This document shows, one piece after another, positions 55,031 to 64,000 of a stretch of 64,000 bases of DNA. The translations under genes were made by a program, and so were the position numbers. The notes beneath the pieces were generated by a model. That model searched no databases and was not told where the DNA came from. It saw only the letters and a program-made list of their open reading frames with translations. Numbering within the stretch: the first letter of the stretch is position 1; every line of letters begins with the position of its first letter. Source of the stretch: a virus; the IMG/VR virus record IMGVR_UViG_3300020578_000040, positions 17,367-81,366 of that record; one strand, 5' to 3'.

Positions 55031-56821
55031 CTATCCTGTTCCAATTGTCAGTTGTGAATCATTAGTAAAAATTTGCGTATTCGGTTGTGGCAGGTAGTCC
55101 GTCCATAAATCTGGTCTTTGGGGGGTGACGGGGCCACTCTTTCCGCTTGTTGGGACAAGCTCATCAAATGTTGGCGGTCGGATGTTTATCAATACGGCAT
55201 TTTCTACGATAATTTCATTGAGTGTAATACTGCACTGGGCCGTCGTAATGTGTGATGGATTTGTCCCCTGTCGCCTAATGGCCTCAATAGCCAGGTCCGC
55301 TATGACAAACTGCACGGGATTATTATTAAGCCTGGCTGCCGAATTAGACAACAAGCCATCCATGTTGTAAATGGTCACCGGTTGTTTTGATTGGTACATT
55401 TTGCGCAGTAAGGTAATTTGCTCATCGACCGAAACAAAAAGTCCATCAGGGACAGTCGTTTCGCCATCCTGACGAGTTGCCGCGATTAGAAAAGAGAACG
55501 ACACTTTCATTCGCTGAAATCCTTGGAAATCAACAAATGGTATGTTTTTCGCACGCGGAACTTCAGTCCACTGAGCGCCGAGAGAACTATATTGTATGTC
55601 TGTTGGGATGTACGGAAAAACATACTTCAGTGTCGCTTGCTGAGTCGACCACCTAATGAGCCTACCGGTCGCCTCGTCGAATATTATTCGGTCTTCCTCT
55701 CTGATTGATTTTCCATTTTGGAAATCTGTAGCCGTCCGTACTGGAGAGTTGGTGACGTATTGAATCATCTGTGGTCGCGTATCGGTATTTTCAAGCGCCT
55801 TGGGTGTTGTGTATGAACTGCCAAATCGAACGATTACTTTTGATTCAACAGATGGTTTTGGCGTAATGCCAAAATCTACAACATTCTTGCTCGACTTATT
55901 ACCCCCTCTGCCGCCCCCTCCACCCCTGGTGGTATTTGCGTTTGTGGTAGCAGCATTAGACCCGAAACCCGTAGGAAGTGTTTTTATTTCTGCCTTAGGA
56001 TTATCTCGGAAAAACTGATTAATGTATGATATGCTAAATCCCTTGTCTTTGAGGGCTTTCGCAATTGCGGCCCTAATAACCAGGTAGTTGTTAGCCCGCG
56101 TTTGTGGTGGGATATTTACGGTAAGGAAGTCTCTCACGCCTGCAGTCCGGGTGCCAAGCGAAACCAAAACCGTGGAAGGGAGTGGTGCCGTGCTGGTTGT
56201 GCCAAGGGTGAAGGTCATTGCTGTAATTAGCTTATTTTCATTGAAGGCTCGACGCTCCTCTGGGCTAGTGATTGCTGCCTTTATTGCTGCCCTTGCTGCT
56301 ACATCCCCATAATTTGGTTGATCAACCCCTTCTTCAAGAAGCCCATCCTTGGCCTCTGCCCTCACATCGATGCCTGAGACTGTTGCAAATTTGCCCATAT
56401 CAATAAATACTGAGTGAAGTTTGCTCTCATCTGGTAGTTCAGCAAAACCCGGTCCTGGATAGGTCCATAGTTGACTATTGAGTGCGTGAATAGTTTCACT
56501 TGGAGATTGTTTGAAAAACGTATAGACCCAATATAGTTCTGGTTTTTGTTTGGGGTCAGGAAACGTTCGTATGGTTTTTTCTTTTATTTGCGGTTTGTAG
56601 TGTTCGTAGTTCTTCTCTGTCATAAACAGTGGTGCTGTCCAGAATTTGGCCAGTGCTCCGGAGGTTGGATTAGGTACGGCTTTTAGATCTATTTCGGGAT
56701 CAAGATTTTTGAACGTTGCCGAACCAGGAATTCGTACATATGTTGTTCCAGATTCTTCATGAACACCAAGAACCTGTACGTGGGTAGAGAAACGATAATA
56801 ATATCCACTACTAGAGGGCAT
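55031..56821 (-). CDS. tail tube initiator-like protein (paralog 1)
   Basis: Y.F.YIP..I.Y...W.EVPR...P; directly after the tape measure. Confidence 0.6.
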   Translation of the reverse strand: MPSSSGYYYRFSTHVQVLGVHEESGTTYVRIPGSATFKNLDPEIDLKAVPNPTSGALAKFWTAPLFMTEKNYEHYKPQIKEKTIRTFPDPKQKPELYWVYTFFKQSPSETIHALNSQLWTYPGPGFAELPDESKLHSVFIDMGKFATVSGIDVRAEAKDGLLEEGVDQPNYGDVAARAAIKAAITSPEERRAFNENKLITAMTFTLGTTSTAPLPSTVLVSLGTRTAGVRDFLTVNIPPQTRANNYLVIRAAIAKALKDKGFSISYINQFFRDNPKAEIKTLPTGFGSNAATTNANTTRGGGGGRGGNKSSKNVVDFGITPKPSVESKVIVRFGSSYTTPKALENTDTRPQMIQYVTNSPVRTATDFQNGKSIREEDRIIFDEATGRLIRWSTQQATLKYVFPYIPTDIQYSSLGAQWTEVPRAKNIPFVDFQGFQRMKVSFSFLIAATRQDGETTVPDGLFVSVDEQITLLRKMYQSKQPVTIYNMDGLLSNSAARLNNNPVQFVIADLAIEAIRRQGTNPSHITTAQCSITLNEIIVENAVLINIRPPTFDELVPTSGKSGPVTPQRPDLWTDYLPQPNTQIFTNDSQLTIGTG

Positions 56822-59800
56822 TATTTACCCCTTCGCTCGGACATGGATCTCTCGCTTGACCGCATAATTGCGATTACCTCATTGGCAAGCTGCTGAGGAT
56901 TCTTGTTATATCCATTGATATTAATTACATACTGACCAGCACTAGATCCCATTGATGAACTAGATACCCCTGGGTCGTTGTTGACAGAAGCAGCAACTGG
57001 TGTTGACGAGTCGCCCATCGGACCACTTGGTGGCACGACATGCAGGTGACGTGAGCCATTGGATCCATGGAACTCAGCAAAACCACCCGCTGCCTCTACT
57101 GAGGTTTTATACATCCCAAGATTTTGACCAGTCAAATCAAGTGCTCGACCCGTGACATGATCTGAGTTTATTGAGCCAACATCAAAATCCCTAACACCCG
57201 ATGTTATCTTGCGCTTTCCGGAAATCAGAGAGTCAAAGTAGGAATGATTAACATATGTTGACTTAAACCTGCTACTCGGAGTATCACCACGGGGAGTCGC
57301 AGTATCACCTCCTGTTGATACGTTCACTGTTGTGGCCGCAACGGTCATATTGGTAACCTTTAGGAGGTTACCAAGATTTTCTGCGAATTGATCAAGTGCG
57401 ATATTTACGGCACCTAGAGCATCTTCCGTAAGCCCAAGTATCTGAGTTAGTTGCTCGCCCGTCTTTGACGCTACGTCACCCTCGTCGATTGCTGCGCTGA
57501 GTCTACCGACCTTTAATCCAGATATCGCAAAAATAGCCTCAGCAAGACCCGCGCCAGTTGTAATATTCTTCAGATCAGGGTTTTTGATTGGATCAAGGAA
57601 TGTGATAAGTTCCTGGTACTTGGCATAGTCTGTCATTGCCAAATTCGCACCCATCCCCGCCAAGTCACCATCTGCCGCTACACCCAGTTCGGACAGCTGG
57701 GAATTAATTATGTCCTGTAGTCCCGTACCTGCAACACCTAGACCCTCGTCCTGTATCATCTTTAGGACCGCTTGCATTTCTGGAGTCTGGAATAACGCTG
57801 CAGTATTCGGCGACAGGACACTTGAGAAATAGCTTCCCTGCGCAAATCCGGCACCACCTGGACCTATCTGCTTGCTTATCTCTAGCAAGGCTTGGAGAGA
57901 ATCATTGCCATAATATTGAGTCATGAGGGGCATTACTTGGGATAAGAAATCCAATCCATGCTGCTCGGTTAGGGGGCCAGCTTGGCCTGCCTCATATAAC
58001 GCCGCTGCTGCTTGGTCAATCGCGGCAGGGGCCGCAACCTGCTCTTGACGTTTGCGAATTCTGTCCATGATATTGGCTTGAGCATCAGCACCCCGCTGGA
58101 AAAGTTGTGCTTGCGTGTTTATTAGCCCCTCACCAATTGATTTGAACATCTCGTCAAAACCGACCCTAATATCAAATAGGTTCGTTCCGGTTTCTTTCGC
58201 AAGCGATAAAATTTCTTCTTCGCTCTTGTTGTAGGCCTTTGCCAATGCCTGAACAACGCTCGTGTACCTATCAGTAGCTATAGCTTGTACGCTTGTATTA
58301 ATCGTACTCTGCTGCGACATCGTATTGATTCCAGTACCGATGCTCCCAAGAAGCTTATCTAATTCTTCCTGGTTTTTGATGTACTTGGACATCTCGCTGC
58401 TTTTATCATCAAAAAGAACTTGCAGATACTCTTTTGCCGCATCCTTTCCCTGGGTGTCGTATATTCCCTTGAGCGAATCAAGCTCCTTATTGAAATCCGC
58501 CAATGGTGCGGCGGCAGTTTCTAGCGTCTTGCCTATGTTTGATGTAGTTAGCGCGGATACACCCTGCTCCAAAACGCGACTATTTATGCCGTCATAAAAC
58601 GCGGCAGTTGTGTCGGCAACGATTCTCTCGGCGGCTTTTTTGGCTTCCTGCTTGCGACGCTTGTTTTTATTCCACCAAGCTCCGATGCCACCTATTAGGG
58701 CACCGCCAAGGGCGCCAATTACTGCACCATATGGGCCAAATTGTGCTCCCAAGGCAGCGCCGCCAGCAGCACCCATTCCAGCCCCTGCGAGTGCGTTTCC
58801 TGAAGCTATGCCTCCACCAATACCGGCCACGCCAAGGCCCAACATTGGATTAATTGCAGAAAGTGCCGAGCCCAAGGCCAATGCCCCTTGCATCTCTTTG
58901 GGTGCGACGTTGGAAAGCATTCCCAAAGCCATGGACGACCCCATGTTCATGGCCATGCTTCCGCCAGTAAAACGTCCTTTTTGTCCCGTTTCGTAATCAC
59001 CAAAGTTTTTCTTATAAGCGATACTCTCTCGTGGCTTTCTAAATAAGTTGCCAGCAAGAGTTTTCATTCTTCCCGGATTGACGTCCTGTATTAATCCGGC
59101 CGGATTAGTTTGGCGCATGAATTTACGCTTCCCACCCGGTTCGTATTTCGTCATCGGAAGACCAGTTTTGGGGTCCATTAATAGGTTGCCCTGGGGGTCA
59201 AACTGAACCTCCTGGTATTTCATTTGTGCTTCACGCATGGTTTTTGGCTGGAATAATGGATCGTTTTTGGCTTGGTCAAATGTTCTCAAAAACGAAGCAG
59301 TATCCCCCTCATATCGCATTTTCCCCTCCATGAGACCCCTGAATCCTCGCATCCTTCTTTGTGCTGCAGGATGTGCTGGGTTGGTTGATGACCGCGAACC
59401 CCCTGGGGTGTAGCCGACCATATTATTCGCCAGGCTGGTTGCTTGAGCTCTGGTAAGGCTTGGGTCGGCCGCCATTAAACGACGCCGGATATCGTTTCTT
59501 TCCTGTGCCTGCGCTGCTAATGGACTTTGCGACATACCACCAGCCGTGCTGCTCTTGGAACCAGCTGGTCCGATTCCGTACATGCCTGTACCTGGAGTTC
59601 CCGGTGGCATGATGACGCCACCCGCTCCCCCATATGCGTAACCACCATTAGGCCTAGACGCAGGTGGGGTGTAGCCAGCTGGCTGGCCCGACATCCCGCG
59701 ACCAGCATTGGGGTTTGTCTGGCCCGCAGCCGTCGCCCCAGAGAGCGTAACGCTTCCCGCTGTCACCTGCATATTTTGTGTGCTCATTTGATTGGGGATA

Positions 59801-61422
59801 AGCTCACGCTGCTTGATGAAGCCGCCAACATTTTTCGACATTGACTTGCCGCCAGAGAGCAGGGACATAATCATGAATAGTGAGCCAAAGCCACCACCAC
59901 CGAATAGGCTTCTAAATCCACCGAGCAGGCTAAAGACGGCATCGAGCATTAAGGCAATTCCATCAATCATTTTGTTTAAGAATGGCAAAACATCAAAAAA
60001 CATTTCACGGAGAGTGCGCCCATATTCTGCGAGAACATTCAACAGCTTGCCGATCTTTGAGCCGAATGCAACAACTTCGTCGCTGTTGTCGACAAGCAGT
60101 TTGTTTGTGTGACTAAATATGTCGTTTTGACCTTTGAGCTCTCTTCCGAGGGCCTTGAACATGTCCATCAAAACCCTTGAGCCATCAATCATTGGCCTAA
60201 GTGATTCAACCATCCTGTTCCAGCCAAGCATGAATCTGTCCCACCAGTCCCCAAGTCTGTCGAACATGCCCTTGGTGGCCGGTAGATATTCGCGCATGAT
60301 TTTAACGAACAGGTTTTCTAGTCTCTCCATTCCAGAGATGAGGCCCTCAAAGAAAGAGCCATTGCCGAACGCAACTAGATCTGGGACGACGCGCACGAAT
60401 CCACGTCTAAAAATGTGAACTATTTCCTCAAATGTTTCTTTGGTGGGCTTAAGGAATGCTTGACCAAAATCGGCAGCAAAAGATTTGATTTGGGTAAATG
60501 ATCCCTTGAACTGGCTGATAAGGGTGCTAGAAACCGTTGCGAACTGTCCTTCAACACCGCCAGCAGCAGCAAGAGTGCCATCAAGTATTGCTGCCTGTAG
60601 GCCTTCTTTTGTGGTGATATTGAGCTTTTTGAGAGCTTGCTCCATGGCTGGACCCATAGCCTTGGCAGCTTCTTTGATGGAACTAAAGGTGGCTTTCGGG
60701 TCATTGAGCGCCGCAATAAGCTTTCCTGCTGCAGCAGCGCCTGTCTTGATATCCTGACCAGCTGCACCGAAATCCATGAGCGCTTTAAGCATGCGCTGTT
60801 GTCCACCGCCATACGTACCGGTCTTGTATATCTCGGCAAGAGCCGCATTAAGGCCTTCCGCACCAACCGTAGCCAACTGGGCGTCGTTCTGCATCATTCG
60901 CATTTGAGTGTTGATTTGATTGATGCCCCTACCAAATTCACTCATGTTCGTGCCCCTGTAGGCATACATGGCTGCTTGATGCTCACGAATTGCTGCTGCC
61001 GCAATAGTTGCAGCAATGGTTATGCTTGCCAAACCACCCGCCACTAACTTCATGGTGGCGTGATATGCCTTGGCAGTAAACTGGCCAACAGCAAATGCGG
61101 CATGTACCGCCATTAGGGCAGCACCCAGGGCCCCAACCTGTATAGATGCAAACTTGGCCGAAAATGAAACAAACTTCATCAGGCCTTTGCCAAACATTTT
61201 GATCATCTGATCGACTTGGTCGAAATGTCGTTTCCATACACCAGTAGAGCTGTTCATGAGCTTCTTCTGGTCCTTGAAGTACGCCGTGGCTATGATCGCA
61301 CTACTGGCGCTAAGCTTCCTAGCTTCACGGCCAATGGACTTCAACTGTTGCTTAAGCCGCTGGAGTTTCTGGGCTCCGTCGACATCGACGTCAATACTAA
61401 GTTTTGTATTTTCGTCAGCCAT
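56821..61422 (-). CDS. tape measure protein
   Basis: 1533 aa, Ala/Gly-rich helical; follows the tail chaperone; C-terminal SDH..GRALD...HLHV domain. Confidence 0.85.
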   Translation of the reverse strand: MADENTKLSIDVDVDGAQKLQRLKQQLKSIGREARKLSASSAIIATAYFKDQKKLMNSSTGVWKRHFDQVDQMIKMFGKGLMKFVSFSAKFASIQVGALGAALMAVHAAFAVGQFTAKAYHATMKLVAGGLASITIAATIAAAAIREHQAAMYAYRGTNMSEFGRGINQINTQMRMMQNDAQLATVGAEGLNAALAEIYKTGTYGGGQQRMLKALMDFGAAGQDIKTGAAAAGKLIAALNDPKATFSSIKEAAKAMGPAMEQALKKLNITTKEGLQAAILDGTLAAAGGVEGQFATVSSTLISQFKGSFTQIKSFAADFGQAFLKPTKETFEEIVHIFRRGFVRVVPDLVAFGNGSFFEGLISGMERLENLFVKIMREYLPATKGMFDRLGDWWDRFMLGWNRMVESLRPMIDGSRVLMDMFKALGRELKGQNDIFSHTNKLLVDNSDEVVAFGSKIGKLLNVLAEYGRTLREMFFDVLPFLNKMIDGIALMLDAVFSLLGGFRSLFGGGGFGSLFMIMSLLSGGKSMSKNVGGFIKQRELIPNQMSTQNMQVTAGSVTLSGATAAGQTNPNAGRGMSGQPAGYTPPASRPNGGYAYGGAGGVIMPPGTPGTGMYGIGPAGSKSSTAGGMSQSPLAAQAQERNDIRRRLMAADPSLTRAQATSLANNMVGYTPGGSRSSTNPAHPAAQRRMRGFRGLMEGKMRYEGDTASFLRTFDQAKNDPLFQPKTMREAQMKYQEVQFDPQGNLLMDPKTGLPMTKYEPGGKRKFMRQTNPAGLIQDVNPGRMKTLAGNLFRKPRESIAYKKNFGDYETGQKGRFTGGSMAMNMGSSMALGMLSNVAPKEMQGALALGSALSAINPMLGLGVAGIGGGIASGNALAGAGMGAAGGAALGAQFGPYGAVIGALGGALIGGIGAWWNKNKRRKQEAKKAAERIVADTTAAFYDGINSRVLEQGVSALTTSNIGKTLETAAAPLADFNKELDSLKGIYDTQGKDAAKEYLQVLFDDKSSEMSKYIKNQEELDKLLGSIGTGINTMSQQSTINTSVQAIATDRYTSVVQALAKAYNKSEEEILSLAKETGTNLFDIRVGFDEMFKSIGEGLINTQAQLFQRGADAQANIMDRIRKRQEQVAAPAAIDQAAAALYEAGQAGPLTEQHGLDFLSQVMPLMTQYYGNDSLQALLEISKQIGPGGAGFAQGSYFSSVLSPNTAALFQTPEMQAVLKMIQDEGLGVAGTGLQDIINSQLSELGVAADGDLAGMGANLAMTDYAKYQELITFLDPIKNPDLKNITTGAGLAEAIFAISGLKVGRLSAAIDEGDVASKTGEQLTQILGLTEDALGAVNIALDQFAENLGNLLKVTNMTVAATTVNVSTGGDTATPRGDTPSSRFKSTYVNHSYFDSLISGKRKITSGVRDFDVGSINSDHVTGRALDLTGQNLGMYKTSVEAAGGFAEFHGSNGSRHLHVVPPSGPMGDSSTPVAASVNNDPGVSSSSMGSSAGQYVININGYNKNPQQLANEVIAIMRSSERSMSERRGK

Positions 61423-61450
61423 ATTGCCGTCCAGTTTTAGGTATTTCTAC

Positions 61451-61650
61451 CTAGCGTTTCTGCCTGGCAAGGCGCTCCTGCTGCTCCCTGTCACGCTGTA
61501 CTACTTTAGCACAGGCCATCAAAATAAGCCATGTATCCTCGTCTTCGTCCAGTAAATCGAGGGGATTGCAGTGCCACACCTCTCCAAGTCTGGCGGCTGA
61601 TATGATGAAGGAGTCGTCGGCGAGTTCGTCTACGACTCCGTCGTAGGGTC
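61451..61650 (-). CDS. frameshifted extension of the tail assembly chaperone (gpGT-like)
   Basis: -1 frame PYDGVVDELADDSFIISAARLGEVWHCNPLDLL...RQKR* with no upstream start of its own. Confidence 0.75.
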
Positions 61651-62148
61651 CGACGTATCGATGGTGTCGCCATAGCCAGCAGCGTCAAGAATTGACAATG
61701 CTGCAGCCTCCACGTGTGGCTCCAGTCCGAAAAATGCAATAACGGCATCTGGCACTGGACGACTGGCACCGGTCATGTCGAGGATAGCTGATGATGCAAA
61801 GTTGAGTACATAGCCATTTTCATCAAACACCTCGACGCCATCGACAATGATACCAACGGTCGTGTTGCCAACTACGTAGCAAGCAAACTTGGTCGCATCC
61901 ATGCCATTCTTGGAATCTTCGCCAGAATTCTTTCGCCAAGACCGGAGCTTGTGCTGGGAGATATTGGGGCTGATCTTCAGCGTGACGCCAGGACGCTCGG
62001 GAACATCCATGAACTTAACTGGGCGCTCCACCTTTTTGGTGATGCGCTCACGCAACTTATCCAAAACAGTGGGTTCACTGTCGGCGTCTTTGCCCGTAGA
62101 TGAGCGCTTGGCGGCCGGTGCTGAATCTTCGTAAAGTTTGTCTGTCAT
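61630..62148 (-). CDS. tail assembly chaperone
   Basis: Between tube and tape measure; ends DPTTES. Confidence 0.8.
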   Translation of the reverse strand: MTDKLYEDSAPAAKRSSTGKDADSEPTVLDKLRERITKKVERPVKFMDVPERPGVTLKISPNISQHKLRSWRKNSGEDSKNGMDATKFACYVVGNTTVGIIVDGVEVFDENGYVLNFASSAILDMTGASRPVPDAVIAFFGLEPHVEAAALSILDAAGYGDTIDTSDPTTES

Positions 62149-62205
62149 ACGAAGCAACCTAGCATAAATAGATCATGCTTGCCGCAACTCTGTTGTATTT
62201 TTTAA

Positions 62206-62688
62206 TCAGGTAGTAGTGTTGGTGTTGCGCACCGGGGGGCTGACGGACTGGACAGCAAACGTCATCGAGAAGGTGGCGGGTGCGCCCGACGAAGAGTCAC
62301 CTTCTGGCTCGGTTAGTCCGACTAGAAGTGCCTTCGTGTAGGTACGGTCGGTGCCCTCCACCCTAATATCGCAGTTGTATACCTGAATATAGATATTGTA
62401 GTATGCCTTACCCACCAGATTGCGGAGGCTAGATACAAAGAGTCCCATTGTGTTGGCATCCAGCAGGCCGTCATCGAAGTGTGCGGTCAGAGTGATGTCT
62501 CCGATTTCAAAGGGGGCGCACAACACCGTAGGTGAACGCTTGCCACCCTCATAAATCTTTTCTACTGAAGCAGTAATTTCACCACCCGAGACCTGAGGGA
62601 AAACGAAGTCAGTAGGCGGCTTTGGGTCATTGACATCGACTGGCGAAATCGCGGCCTGAATCTGCCGCTGTGAAATCTTAACTGCCAT
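62206..62688 (-). CDS. tail tube protein
   Basis: F..VSGGEI...K...GG...GDITLT...P.GDS.S; follows the sheath. Confidence 0.8.
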   Translation of the reverse strand: MAVKISQRQIQAAISPVDVNDPKPPTDFVFPQVSGGEITASVEKIYEGGKRSPTVLCAPFEIGDITLTAHFDDGLLDANTMGLFVSSLRNLVGKAYYNIYIQVYNCDIRVEGTDRTYTKALLVGLTEPEGDSSSGAPATFSMTFAVQSVSPPVRNTNTTT

Positions 62689-62700
62689 ATATATCTCCTA

Positions 62701-63999
62701 TCAGACTACTGATGCGGTAAGGTTAGACTTAACGATGCTTACCTCGATGGTATCGGTAACGCCAGCGGGTCGTAGACCAACGCGAGCGGTAACAATTCCA
62801 TCCTTGAGGTTGGTAAGTGGGTTGAGTGCGGCGTCACATTTGATAGTGTAGCCATGGTCAAGTCGTCTGCCATTGGTATCGAATGCCTCGTAGAGGGCGC
62901 CCTGGAGGCGTAGTGGCTCAAGTAGCGAGGTTAGTCGTGCCTGAACATCAGCAAATACCTTATTGCGACCGTCGATGGTGCTAAAGAGTAGGTCCTCCAG
63001 CTCACGCTCGGCCTGCACAACGACGTAGTTGACAACCTCTATGGCGTTTAGGTAGCGCCAGTTGTCGGTATCTGATGATAGGGCGCGAGCACCATAGACG
63101 CGAATCGAATTATTGATGATTCGAATCACGTTTAGCGACGCAGTGTCAAGGGTGTCGGCGTCAGTTTTGCCTACTTCACGCTCGATTCCAGTAATGAATC
63201 GTGCCGTTGAGTAGATTCCTGCCCCTGGCTGATGTTGGCCAGTCGTGTTGTGGGCGCGAGCACGAACCCCACAGACATAGCCGTCAGGTGGGATCAGTCT
63301 ATTGACGCCCGCAGTAGTGGTTGGAGCATACACCCAGGGGTAGTACATTGCGCTACGCTCAAGTCCAAGCCCATCTGTTGCGTTGGCAGTTGCATATTCG
63401 GCAACATCCTGTGCGTTGGCGATTGTCGTTGCAGCTGCGGTATGGAGAATCGCAACCCTATTGTTCTCGACAGCATGGTCGATCAGGAGCTGTGGCACTG
63501 CACCAACTGCGCCGGTCGTTCCAGAGAACTCTGGGCAAGAAACAGCACCAGTTCCATAGGAACTAACGAAGAGATCAAGTGCGGTTCCCACCTCAGTCGA
63601 GGTTCCATCAGTGCCAGCCGCACCGCCAGTAAATGCGGCGAGAGCAGCAGCAGTTGGCAGGGCATCGGTATCGCCGTCTAGTGTTGCAATAACATAGTGC
63701 TTGGCAATCAGGTTGGAGTTGATCTTGCCAACGAGCTGTTCAGCGGTGGTTACGTTGCCAGTAGACATGAGTAGCTCATCGTCGTAGTGGATACTTACGT
63801 TGATAGCGCCAGTAATCGTTCCGGCAGCAACGGTTACGTCTAGATCATTGCCCCATGTGCCGTAACCATTTGCTGTAAGCAATACCGAGCCAGCAGTGGC
63901 GGTTCCATCCGTGTCAGTGGGAGTTGTTGTGGCATTCACCACGGTAAAAGAGGTGGTAGAGGGAACTGCAGTAATGGTGAATGTACCATTGAATCCTGC
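62701..63999 (-). CDS. tail sheath protein (5' end outside window)
   Basis: G.WGN.L; YYPWV; PP.G...G..AR; VYGARAL; WRYLN. Confidence 0.9.
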   Translation of the reverse strand, partial: AGFNGTFTITAVPSTTSFTVVNATTTPTDTDGTATAGSVLLTANGYGTWGNDLDVTVAAGTITGAINVSIHYDDELLMSTGNVTTAEQLVGKINSNLIAKHYVIATLDGDTDALPTAAALAAFTGGAAGTDGTSTEVGTALDLFVSSYGTGAVSCPEFSGTTGAVGAVPQLLIDHAVENNRVAILHTAAATTIANAQDVAEYATANATDGLGLERSAMYYPWVYAPTTTAGVNRLIPPDGYVCGVRARAHNTTGQHQPGAGIYSTARFITGIEREVGKTDADTLDTASLNVIRIINNSIRVYGARALSSDTDNWRYLNAIEVVNYVVVQAERELEDLLFSTIDGRNKVFADVQARLTSLLEPLRLQGALYEAFDTNGRRLDHGYTIKCDAALNPLTNLKDGIVTARVGLRPAGVTDTIEVSIVKSNLTASVV

Positions 64000-64000
64000 G

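Noticed and set aside
1-64000. Integrase, reverse transcriptase/DGR, transposase, capsid or large terminase genes
   Set aside because: No diagnostic motifs seen in this window; lifestyle cannot be determined here

Overview
A contiguous 64-kb segment of a large contractile-tailed (myovirus-type) phage that probably infects Actinobacteria (two WhiB genes, an actinobacterial-type LexA box, AGAAAGGA ribosome-binding sites, many leaderless genes). Layout: (1) 1-12.3 kb, a GC-rich early region of small + strand ORFs driven by 14 near-identical promoter/stem-loop/leader cassettes, including a MoxR-type AAA ATPase + VWA/HExxH pair, WhiB and a divergent HA-domain/HTH regulator. (2) 12.4-22 kb, replication and regulation: DUF1599-like protein, a candidate structured ncRNA, initiator C-terminal domain, helicase loader, primase-helicase, HTH/RHH proteins, second WhiB and a metallophosphoesterase. 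(3) 22-64 kb, - strand: nuclease, endolysin, lectin/mucin-like protein, a modification-enzyme cluster (GT2, three 2OG-Fe(II) oxygenases, flavin halogenase), His-rich and collagen-like fibres, baseplate, tape measure, frameshifted tail chaperone, tube and partial sheath. The most unusual observations are: tandem hairpins displaying anti-Shine-Dalgarno loops next to a LexA box (3865-3995); a strand-polarised CGCGCGTAT operator system with a candidate cognate regulator; a G-U-rich multi-helix RNA upstream of the replication genes (13288-13507); and a 46-bp insert in whiB, flanked by a 19-bp duplication and stitched from two distant loci of the same genome (17759-17842). All calls are from reading motifs by eye; no database searches were run.
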